From positions 1-35,053 of the forward strand of contig JAZBOO010000319.1 in the NCBI GenBank assembly GCA_036351155.1: a DNA stretch of 35,053 bases, written 5' to 3'. Source of the DNA: Candidatus Krumholzibacteriia bacterium (GTDB lineage: Bacteria; Krumholzibacteriota; Krumholzibacteriia; LZORAL124-64-63). Of this stretch, positions 25,008-32,359 are shown one piece after another. The position numbers and the translations under genes are program-made. Within the stretch, counting starts at the first letter, position 1, and every line of letters starts with the position of its first letter. Under the pieces are notes generated by a model, which saw nothing but the letters and a program-made list of their open reading frames with translations, searched no databases and was not told the origin of the DNA.

Positions 25008-26531
25008 ATGAATCGCCACACCCCGTCTGTCGCCACTGTGTTCTTACTGCTGGGCGCCGTCCTGCTGACGGCCTGCCCCGCCCTTGCCGATTTCGTCACC
25101 CCGGGCCTGGGCTCGCTTTACACCATGGACGGCCTGGTGGCCCAGTCCGGTGGAGTGGTCACCGGATCTGACGGGAATTACCAGATCCACGAGTCGGTCA
25201 TCATCTCGGTGAATGACTTGCTGGACATCGGCCAGGGGCAAACCCTGACTTTCCAGGACGCGACGGGATTGGTGGGGCTGGAAATCAACGGGGGACTGGT
25301 GGCCATGGGTACCGCGGATGAGCCCATCGTCATGACCGGCAGCCTGCAGGAGCCCGGTTCCTGGCGCGGACTGGATTTCAATGACACCAGTTTGGGCTCA
25401 CAGTTCCAGCTGACCCATGTGGAAATCGCCTACGCCATGATCGGCGTGGATGTGTTCGGCGCCGACATCCAGCTCGACAGCTGCGACATCCACCACAGCC
25501 TGGACAAGGCCTTGGATTTCTCCCAGGCCGGCGGGATGGTCACCAATTGCCACCTGCATCACAACCAGCAGCGCACCGTGGTCATGACCCTGACCTCCTC
25601 GCCCACTTTCGAGTACTGCGTGCTGGACAACAACAATCTCAACAACTCTTCGCCCTACCCATACTTCAACATTGGCCTGCAGGGCATCAATTCGCCCACC
25701 ATTCGCGGCTGCACCATCACCGGCGACGGCAACGAGATGAGCGGCGGCATGGCCCTCTGGAACAGCAGCAACGCGCTGATCGAAAACAACATCATCAGCG
25801 GGTGTGGTTATGGCATCCTCTGTTACAGCGTGGGGGCCAACCCGACCATCGTCGGCAACACCATCTTCGACAACACCATCCATCCCGACCAGGTGAACTG
25901 GGGCTTCGGCGTGGCCTGCAATGGCGACAACGCGCCCATCTTGATGAGCAACACCATCACCGGCCACTGGTACGGGGTGGCGGCCATCAACGGTGGGCAG
26001 CCCAACCTGGGCGATGTGGTCAATGACTTCCCTGGTGACGATGGGCTGAACCAGATCAATACCAACGGCCTGGGCGGCGCCACCTACGGCTTCTTCAACA
26101 ACACCCCACTGCCCCAGATGGCTCAGAACAATTTCTGGGGACCCGTCGGGCCCGAGGACAGCATCCAGCATCAGGTTGACAACCCGGCTCTGGGCCTGGT
26201 CACCTATGACCCCGTCGCCGATGTTTCAGCAGCGCCGGAATTGCCCGGGCCACGGGTTCTGGAGACGGTGACCGCCCATCCCAACCCCTTCAATCCTCGG
26301 GTGGACATCAGGTTCAGCCTGAGCAGGGACAGTCATGTCACGGTGGTCGTTTTCGATGTGGCAGGCCGATTGGTCAAGGAAGTGCAGAGCGGTAATCTGG
26401 GCACCGGCGAACACGCGATGCCCTGGGACGGCACCGACCGCGCTGGACACCAGGTCACCAGTGGCTTGTACTTCTATCGGGTGATCGCCGGGAATGAAAG
26501 CCAGACCGGGAAGTTGACTCTGGTCAGGTAA
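25008..26531 (+). CDS. Secreted right-handed parallel beta-helix protein with C-terminal FlgD-Ig / T9SS-like domain
   Basis: Signal peptide; 'GTADEPIVMT...PGSWRGL', Asn-rich PbH1-like repeats, 'AQNNFWG', C-terminal 'HPNPFNP...FDVAGRLVK...WDGTD...SGLYFYR...KLTLVR'. Confidence 0.88.
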   Translation: MNRHTPSVATVFLLLGAVLLTACPALADFVTPGLGSLYTMDGLVAQSGGVVTGSDGNYQIHESVIISVNDLLDIGQGQTLTFQDATGLVGLEINGGLVAMGTADEPIVMTGSLQEPGSWRGLDFNDTSLGSQFQLTHVEIAYAMIGVDVFGADIQLDSCDIHHSLDKALDFSQAGGMVTNCHLHHNQQRTVVMTLTSSPTFEYCVLDNNNLNNSSPYPYFNIGLQGINSPTIRGCTITGDGNEMSGGMALWNSSNALIENNIISGCGYGILCYSVGANPTIVGNTIFDNTIHPDQVNWGFGVACNGDNAPILMSNTITGHWYGVAAINGGQPNLGDVVNDFPGDDGLNQINTNGLGGATYGFFNNTPLPQMAQNNFWGPVGPEDSIQHQVDNPALGLVTYDPVADVSAAPELPGPRVLETVTAHPNPFNPRVDIRFSLSRDSHVTVVVFDVAGRLVKEVQSGNLGTGEHAMPWDGTDRAGHQVTSGLYFYRVIAGNESQTGKLTLVR

Positions 26532-26808
26532 GATCGGGGGTCGAGGTGGTCACTCCATCGACGACCCCGACAATCACCGAACGCACAGGCATGCCCGGCA
26601 CGCCCAGGATCTGCCGGGCACCATTGCCCTCGTCCAGGATGATCACGGTTTCGCCGGCTCCGGCTCCCACCGTGTCGATGGCGATCACGTACCCGCCGGA
26701 GGGTACTCCGGCGGCGTCCAGCTTGTCGCAGACCAGCAACTTGCGGCCGGCCATGTCCGGGTGGGCAATGGTGGAGGTGAGGCGTCCGGCCACGCGGGCA
26801 TAGATCAT
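26524..26808 (-). CDS. BMC vertex (pentamer) protein, EutN/CcmL family
   Basis: 'MIYARVAGRLTSTIAH...KLLV...IAIDTVGAGAGETVII...GNGAR...VIVGVVD'; 94 aa. Confidence 0.93.
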   Translation of the reverse strand: MIYARVAGRLTSTIAHPDMAGRKLLVCDKLDAAGVPSGGYVIAIDTVGAGAGETVIILDEGNGARQILGVPGMPVRSVIVGVVDGVTTSTPDLT

Positions 26809-27101
26809 GGTGTCCCTCCGATGCCGGTTTCCCCGTCGATCTGCAAGGTGTCCACAATACCCACGATGGCGTGGTCCACCGGCACATAGCTCGGGTCGAG
26901 GGTCAGGGCGGCTTCCCGGCTGGCTTCCCAGAAAACCAGTTCACCCTGCCCGGCCATGCGCGTGCTGTCGGCGGCCACGAAAGGGCGGCCTTCCGGCTGC
27001 TCCCTCTTGTCCAGCGGTTGCACCCATAGCAAGGGCACACCCTCCATTCCCTCGTAGACCACGGCAGGAACCAGCCGTCCCGTGACACGCCCCAGAAACA
27101 C
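26805..27101 (-). CDS. BMC vertex (pentamer) protein, EutN/CcmL family
   Basis: GTG at 27101 after GGAGGA; 'FLGRVTGRLVPAV..EGMEG..LLWVQPLD...AGQGELVF...SREAA...PVDHAIVGIVD'; 98 aa. Confidence 0.9.
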   Translation of the reverse strand: MFLGRVTGRLVPAVVYEGMEGVPLLWVQPLDKREQPEGRPFVAADSTRMAGQGELVFWEASREAALTLDPSYVPVDHAIVGIVDTLQIDGETGIGGTP

Positions 27102-27102
27102 G

Positions 27103-27720
27103 CTATTCCTCCAGCTTCTCGGCCCCGGCCGGGGTCCAGTTGCGGCACAGGCCGAAGGTGGTGCTCTCGGTGAGAACCTTGCGCAAGGTCTCATCCATGC
27201 GCGACATGATCGCGGCGTTGATCATCTGACCTTCACCGCCCACCCGGTCGTTGGCGATTTCCACGGCCTCCTGAACATCGGTCAGCATGCCATCCAGGAA
27301 GGCCACCGAGTGTCCGCCCAGGTCATCGGCCAGGCGCAGCTTGCTCAGCTGAACCGGCACTCTCTTGAGCACCGCGTCGATGGCTCGCAACATGGCCGCA
27401 CAGGTGGTGGTTTCCAGCACCGCAAGGGTGTCACCCTCGGGCACGTTGCGGTCACCCACCAGTCCGGGCCTCAGTCCCGGATGCGGATCGGCAAGCAGCA
27501 CCTCATCCACCAGGTGCGCGGTCGTCTGGCCCAGCTTCACGCCTTCATCATGGGCTTCCTCGGTGGCCGCCACCGTGCCCCCCACCAGGACCAGGTACTT
27601 GCCCGGGTGCACGGTGCCACAGCGCAGAAGCGCCACCGGGGCCCGTTTCAACATTCGGTCCACGGCCAGGACCCCCGTGGCCACACTCTCGAATTCCAGC
27701 AATGCCAGGGCCTTGCTCAT
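27103..27720 (-). CDS. BMC tandem-domain shell protein (BMC-T, single-layer/PduT-like)
   Basis: Two BMC domains: 'ALALLEFESVATG..AVDRMLKRAPV...PGKYLVLVGG' and 'LAVLETTT..AMLRAIDAVLK..PV...LGG'. Confidence 0.9.
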   Translation of the reverse strand: MSKALALLEFESVATGVLAVDRMLKRAPVALLRCGTVHPGKYLVLVGGTVAATEEAHDEGVKLGQTTAHLVDEVLLADPHPGLRPGLVGDRNVPEGDTLAVLETTTCAAMLRAIDAVLKRVPVQLSKLRLADDLGGHSVAFLDGMLTDVQEAVEIANDRVGGEGQMINAAIMSRMDETLRKVLTESTTFGLCRNWTPAGAEKLEE

Positions 27721-27754
27721 GGTTACTCCTGCACGAATTGTCCGAACAATTCGG

Positions 27755-29296
27755 CTAAACGATCCTGAAGTGATCCACCATCACGCAGCGCCGGCGGCGG
27801 GAAAAGCTGACCGGGAAGGTCAACCCCTCGCCCGTGGGGCTGGCGATGGTGAAGCTGGTGTGTCCCTCGCCACCGGCCCCGAGGCCGGCCACGATGGGGC
27901 CGTTCTTCACAAAAATGCTGGTGTTGATGACCCGGGCCATGCGGCTCAGAGCCTCGATATCCCGGGAGTGCATGGACGCGGAATGACCAAACCCGTGCTC
28001 GGCCTCGCGTGCCAGGGCAATTCCACGATCGACATCCGGCACCCGCACCACCGGCAGCACCGGCATCAGCTGTTCGGTCCAGACCAGGGGGTGGTCTTCG
28101 GGGACCTCGGCGACGATCAAGGGCGTCTCCGGGCGGGCCGGCAAACCGGCCGCCGCCAGGATCGCGCTGGCATCCTTGCCCACCCATTCCTTGTTGATCA
28201 CGCCGTGGGTCCGAGGTCCCCGGTTCTCCTTGAAGATGATCTTCTCGATGCGGGCCAGCTCGGCGGGAGAAGCCAGGTAGGCGCCCTGGTCGGCCATGCC
28301 CTGCAGCAATGCATCGGCCACGCTGGCCACCACGAAGACTTCCTTTTCATCCACACAGATGATGTTGTTGTCGAACCCTGCACCGTGAACGATGTCACGG
28401 GCGGCCTTGGCGATGTCCGCAGTGGCATCGACCACCACCGGCGGGTTGCCCGGACCGGCACACACGGCGCGCTTCCCGCTCTGCATGGCAGCCTGGACCA
28501 CCCCGGGTCCTCCGGTGACCACCAGCAGATTGATCCCTTGATGGTGCATCACCTCGCCGGCCGAAGCGATGGTCGGGTGGGCCACCGCGGTGACCAGGTT
28601 GGCCGGGCCACCCACCGACTGGATGGCTCGGTTGATCTGCCGCACCGTTTCCATCGAACATTCGACCGCCCCGGGGTGCACGTTGAACACCACGCTGTTG
28701 CCTGCGGCCACCATGCCGATGGTGTTGCAGATGATGGTGCTGGTGGGATTGGTCGTCGGGGTGATGGCCCCGATCACACCGAAGGGCGCGTACTCCATCA
28801 AGGTCAGTCCGTTGTCCCCGGTGGTCGTGACGGGCTGCAACGCCTCGGTGCCCGGGGTCTTCTCCGTGACCAGCCGATTCTTCTGCTCCTTGTGCGCCAC
28901 TCTACCCAGGCCCGTTTCCTGCCAGGCCATCTCCGCCAGTCGATCACCTTCACGGCGCATGGCCGCCCGGATCGCATCGACGATCTCTGTCCGCAGCGCC
29001 AGGGTCCCGGCCGTCAGCTCCCGGAACGCCAAGGTGGCGGCGTCCACACACTGGTCCACCGTGGCGAAGACCCCGTCTCCCGTCCCCGCGGGCCCCTTGA
29101 AGGCCGCGACGCCCGGAGCCACGTAGCCCTGGGCCGGTATGTCCGGTCGAGCCGCCGGAGCGGCGGGCGAAGGCCAGGTGTTCCTGTCGATGGTCGCCGA
29201 TCCCGACGCACAGGCCGTCGGGCTTTCCTCGCCGGCCAACCGATCGGCCAGAGCCCGGGCGATCAGATCAACCTGAGTGTCCGTCAGATGTCTCAT
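27755..29296 (-). CDS. BMC-associated acylating aldehyde dehydrogenase (EutE/PduP family) with N-terminal encapsulation peptide
   Basis: 'ETGLGR', 'TPGTEAL', 'APFGVIGAITPTTNP', 'VTGGPGVV', 'AGPGNPPVVVD', catalytic 'FDNNIICVDEKE', 'EQLMP', 'GEGHTSFTIASPTGEGLT', 'RRRRC'. Confidence 0.95.
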   Translation of the reverse strand: MRHLTDTQVDLIARALADRLAGEESPTACASGSATIDRNTWPSPAAPAARPDIPAQGYVAPGVAAFKGPAGTGDGVFATVDQCVDAATLAFRELTAGTLALRTEIVDAIRAAMRREGDRLAEMAWQETGLGRVAHKEQKNRLVTEKTPGTEALQPVTTTGDNGLTLMEYAPFGVIGAITPTTNPTSTIICNTIGMVAAGNSVVFNVHPGAVECSMETVRQINRAIQSVGGPANLVTAVAHPTIASAGEVMHHQGINLLVVTGGPGVVQAAMQSGKRAVCAGPGNPPVVVDATADIAKAARDIVHGAGFDNNIICVDEKEVFVVASVADALLQGMADQGAYLASPAELARIEKIIFKENRGPRTHGVINKEWVGKDASAILAAAGLPARPETPLIVAEVPEDHPLVWTEQLMPVLPVVRVPDVDRGIALAREAEHGFGHSASMHSRDIEALSRMARVINTSIFVKNGPIVAGLGAGGEGHTSFTIASPTGEGLTFPVSFSRRRRCVMVDHFRIV

Positions 29297-29502
29297 CCAT
29301 CCTGTCCCTTGGTGTAGCGCACTTCTCCATCGGTGTCCCAGCTGTCGACGATGGCCATGACCACCGCATCGACGGCCACGACCACTCCGCCGGTCAATTC
29401 ACCATCGGGCCCGGCCTGGCCCAGCATCAGGAGTTTCAGCCCGGTGAGGGCTTCCTCCTTCTGCGAGGCCACCACGGTGCCCAGTACCTTGGCCAGGTTC
29501 AT
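29293..29502 (-). CDS. EutN/CcmL BMC vertex protein with an in-frame internal deletion of about 30 aa (possible pseudogene or assembly collapse)
   Basis: Normal N-terminal half 'MNLAKVLGTVVASQK...KLL...VAVDAV' joined directly to the C-terminal 'VMAIVD'; the GAGxGExV...GxxAR...PV segment present in both paralogues in this window is absent. Confidence 0.8.
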   Translation of the reverse strand: MNLAKVLGTVVASQKEEALTGLKLLMLGQAGPDGELTGGVVVAVDAVVMAIVDSWDTDGEVRYTKGQDG

Positions 29503-29508
29503 GACAAC

Positions 29509-29793
29509 CTACTCTTCCATCCGGCCCAGGGGCAGCACGGCATCCACGTTGGCGTGGGGACGGGCGATCACATGCACGGCCACCACTTCACCCACACGGG
29601 TGGCGGCGGTTTGACCCGCATCACAGGCTGCCTTCACCGCGGCCACATCACCGCGCACCACCACGGTGGTGTAGCCCCCACCGGTCTTCTCGTAACCCAC
29701 CAGGTCCACCCGCGCAGCCTTGACCATGGCGTCGGCGGCCTCGACGGTGGCGGCAAAACTTCTGCATTCGATCATTCCCAGGGCGTCTGCCAT
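29509..29793 (-). CDS. BMC hexamer shell protein (BMC-H, EutM/PduA/CcmK family)
   Basis: 'ALGMIE...[13 protein letters not shown]...[20 protein letters not shown]...HVIARPH'; GGAGGA RBS. Confidence 0.97.
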   Translation of the reverse strand: MADALGMIECRSFAATVEAADAMVKAARVDLVGYEKTGGGYTTVVVRGDVAAVKAACDAGQTAATRVGEVVAVHVIARPHANVDAVLPLGRMEE

Positions 29794-29838
29794 TGTTCTT
29801 CCTCCGTTAACGGGTTTTCGGTCCTTCTTATCGATCCG

Positions 29839-30462
29839 CTATTTCTTGATGACTCTTCCATTCAGGGCTTCCAGGGCCGCCACCGCGGCGGGCCGGGCCA
29901 CCTCCACATCGCGTTCTTCTCCGCCGATGTACACCCTCCCGAAACTGCCGAAGGCGCGCACTTCCAGGATGTTGATGTCGGCCGCTTTCTCGGCCTCGTT
30001 GGCGGCCAGGGCCGCGTAGGCCGCCGGCTCGCACTCCAGCACAAACAGGGTCTGTCCGCTGAGGATCAGGTTCCCGTGGCGCATCCGGTTGATCAACATG
30101 CACTGGTGGTCATCCAGGTGGCGCACCACCTGGTCGGACACGATGCGGGGCTTCAGGCGCTGATCTTCGCTGAGGTCCAGGGCCTCCAGGATGGCCTGCC
30201 CGGCCTGGCGTACATCGGCCTGGCTGTCCGAATGCACCTCCAGCATGCCGAAGTGGCGCTCCACCACCTGCATGCCGGGTGTCACGTCGGTACTTTTCAG
30301 GGCGATGTCCATGACCCGGTTGATCTCGATGCCCGGCGCAATTTCCACGAACAGACTGGCCTGCCCCACCTTGGGCAGGAAACCCTGGGCCACCGTCGCC
30401 TGAAAGGAGGCAAACTGGGGCTGCAGGCTGTCGATCACGCAAAAGGCTCTCAGGTCGACCAT
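29839..30462 (-). CDS. BMC tandem-domain shell protein (BMC-T, double-stacking CcmP/CsoS1D-like)
   Basis: ATG 30462 after GGAG; 'IDSLQPQFA', 'VEIAPGIEINR..DIALK', 'VERHFGMLEVH', 'INRMRHG', 'PAAYA..AANEAEKAA', 'FGSFGRVYIGG'. Confidence 0.92.
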   Translation of the reverse strand: MVDLRAFCVIDSLQPQFASFQATVAQGFLPKVGQASLFVEIAPGIEINRVMDIALKSTDVTPGMQVVERHFGMLEVHSDSQADVRQAGQAILEALDLSEDQRLKPRIVSDQVVRHLDDHQCMLINRMRHGNLILSGQTLFVLECEPAAYAALAANEAEKAADINILEVRAFGSFGRVYIGGEERDVEVARPAAVAALEALNGRVIKK

Positions 30463-30470
30463 GCGGACTC

Positions 30471-31841
30471 CTAGTTGCTGAGGGTCGTTTTTCCGGCTTC
30501 GGCCACGATGGCGATGCTGGCGCTGGCGCCAATCCGGGTGGCCCCGGCGTCGATCATTTTCTGGGCATCCCCGTAGTTGCGAATCCCGCCGGAAGCCTTC
30601 ACTTCCATGCCGGCTTCCCGCACCACCGAGGCCATCAGAGCCACATCTTCGGCCGTGGCCCCGCCGGAGGCGAAACCGGTACTGGTCTTGACGAAATTGG
30701 CCCGGGCACGGCGCGCCAGGCGGCACACGCGTACCTTCTCCTCGTCGGTCAACAGGGCGGTTTCGATGATGACCTTGCTGACGGCGCTCCCGTCACGGCA
30801 GGCCTCGGTCACCGCCAGGATGTCCCGGTAAACGTAGTCGTCATCCCCACCCTTCAAGCGGCCCACGTTGATCACCATGTCGATTTCCCGGGCTCCGTCC
30901 CGGATGGCCTTGCGTGCCTCCATGCCTTTCATGTCCGGGGTGTTGGCCCCCAGCGGGAAGCCCACCACCGAGCAGGTCAACACCTTGGTGCCCCGCAGGC
31001 CGTCGGCCACGAACTTCACCCAGCAGGGGTTGACGCAAACCGAGCGGAAGTTGTGCTCCCGGGCCTCGGCCACGATCTGCCCCACCATGTCCTGGGTGGC
31101 ATCGGGTTTGAGAATGGTGTGGTCGATGTACTGGGCCAGCTCGGTGGGAATCTCGCCCTGATTGCGCAGGCCGGTGGTCAGGCCTTGAGCGCCCAGCTCG
31201 ATGAACTGGCGGGCGGTGGTGGGACAGGCCCCCACGCAGGGTCCGCCGTGGAAAGTGCCCGATCCCACGCGGCGCCCCAGCATTCCTTCGAGCCGGTTGA
31301 TGATCCGCGCCAGGTCATCTTCCGACAGATCAGAAAACCCGGCCCCACTGGATATTGACCCGCGGGTGGGGCTGGAGACCGACACCCCGGCGGATCCGAC
31401 CTGCGGGGCCGGTGTTTCGGAAATCATGGCCACCCGCCGCTGATGCCGCGGCTCGGTGCATTCGGTGGTCAGGAAAATATCGACAATTTGCTGGGCCAGG
31501 CTGGGCCCGATGAGTCCTGCTCCGAGGGTCAAGACGTTGGCATCGTTGTGCTCCCGGCCATTGCGGGCACTGCTCAGATCGTAGGCCATGGCCGCCCGCA
31601 CTCCGGCCACCTTGTTGGCGGCCATGCAGGAGCCAATGCCCGCTCCATCGATCATCACACCTCGCTGAGCCTGCCCCCGAGCCACCGCTTCGGCCACCAG
31701 CCGGGCGTACTTGGGATAGTCCACCGCCGCCGTGGAGGGGCACCCCACATCCTGGACCTCGTGGCCCTGTTTCTGCAGGTGGCCCATGAGAGCGTTCTTC
31801 AGTTCAAATCCACCGTGGTCCGACCCGATGGCGATTTTCAT
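30471..31841 (-). CDS. deoC: Fused RpiB/LacAB-type sugar-phosphate isomerase and deoxyribose-phosphate aldolase
   Basis: N-terminal RpiB: 'IAIGSDHGGFELK', 'DYP', 'ANKVAGVRAA', 'REHNDANVLTLG', 'RHQRRV'. C-terminal DeoC: 'IDHTILKP', 'VCVNP', 'VGFPLG', 'EIDMVIN', 'KVIIETALL', 'FVKTSTGF', 'VKASGGIR'. One uninterrupted frame. Confidence 0.93.
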   Translation of the reverse strand: MKIAIGSDHGGFELKNALMGHLQKQGHEVQDVGCPSTAAVDYPKYARLVAEAVARGQAQRGVMIDGAGIGSCMAANKVAGVRAAMAYDLSSARNGREHNDANVLTLGAGLIGPSLAQQIVDIFLTTECTEPRHQRRVAMISETPAPQVGSAGVSVSSPTRGSISSGAGFSDLSEDDLARIINRLEGMLGRRVGSGTFHGGPCVGACPTTARQFIELGAQGLTTGLRNQGEIPTELAQYIDHTILKPDATQDMVGQIVAEAREHNFRSVCVNPCWVKFVADGLRGTKVLTCSVVGFPLGANTPDMKGMEARKAIRDGAREIDMVINVGRLKGGDDDYVYRDILAVTEACRDGSAVSKVIIETALLTDEEKVRVCRLARRARANFVKTSTGFASGGATAEDVALMASVVREAGMEVKASGGIRNYGDAQKMIDAGATRIGASASIAIVAEAGKTTLSN

Positions 31842-31899
31842 GCCTCACCTCTGGTTTGCTGCCAAATCTCCCATAAACAAGCCCTCAACAATCGAGCCC

Positions 31900-32265
31900 T
31901 CACCAGACCTGGGAATCATCCTTGGAGCGGGGTGACCGCGGCCGGGATCGCTCGGCCAGGCCCAGATGGCCCATCGCCTGCATTCCCGCAGCCTCGGCCA
32001 GCTGGTTCACCAGCTTGCGGAGCATTTCCCGCCCCAGGGTGGTCAGAGAGAAACAGGTCACCTTGCGATTTCCCTTGCGCCCCTGCACTCCGACAATGTA
32101 CCCGGCCGCCATGAGCTTCCGGGTCTGGACATGAAGATTTCCATCGGCCAGTCCCGCCTCTTGCCCCAGCTGGGTGAACGAAAGGCTGTCCACCTGGGCC
32201 AGGGTCGCCACAATGGCCAGCCGAGCCGGGGTCCCGAGCATTTCGTCGATTTGACGGGTGTTCAC
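31900..32265 (-). CDS. Winged-HTH transcriptional regulator (HTH_34, ArsR/MarR-like)
   Basis: GTG at 32265 after GGAGGA; 'PARLAIVATL...LSFTQL...GLADGNLHVQTRKLMAAGYI...TCFSLTTLGR'. Confidence 0.85.
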   Translation of the reverse strand: MNTRQIDEMLGTPARLAIVATLAQVDSLSFTQLGQEAGLADGNLHVQTRKLMAAGYIVGVQGRKGNRKVTCFSLTTLGREMLRKLVNQLAEAAGMQAMGHLGLAERSRPRSPRSKDDSQVW

Positions 32266-32284
32266 CAGGAATCCTCCCATGACA

Positions 32285-32329
32285 TACTTCGTTGTGTGAA
32301 GTAAAATCAAATCAGGGTGGTGGTGTCAA
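32285..32329 (-). promoter_or_regulatory. Promoter and palindromic operator of the regulator/BMC operon
   Basis: Consensus TTGACA (32329-32324), weak -10 near 32305-32300, overlapped by perfect inverted repeat TACTTC-N7-GAAGTA (32285-32303). Confidence 0.7.
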
Positions 32330-32359
32330 GGAAAATCCAAAAACTTTTTTTGGTGAAGT

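Noticed and set aside
13416..29317. Other long antisense ORFs (e.g. 13416-15410, 17707-18813, 18882-20063, 20205-22508, 27365-29317)
   Set aside because: Each mirrors a well-supported gene on the opposite strand, has His/Gly/Val/Arg-skewed composition and no recognisable motifs.
23891..31841. Functional coupling of the AlkD/HNH repair genes to the deoxyribose-phosphate BMC
   Set aside because: Attractive (both involve DNA-derived sugar), but they are on opposite strands, have separate regulatory sites and are separated by an unrelated secreted-protein gene; proximity alone is not evidence.
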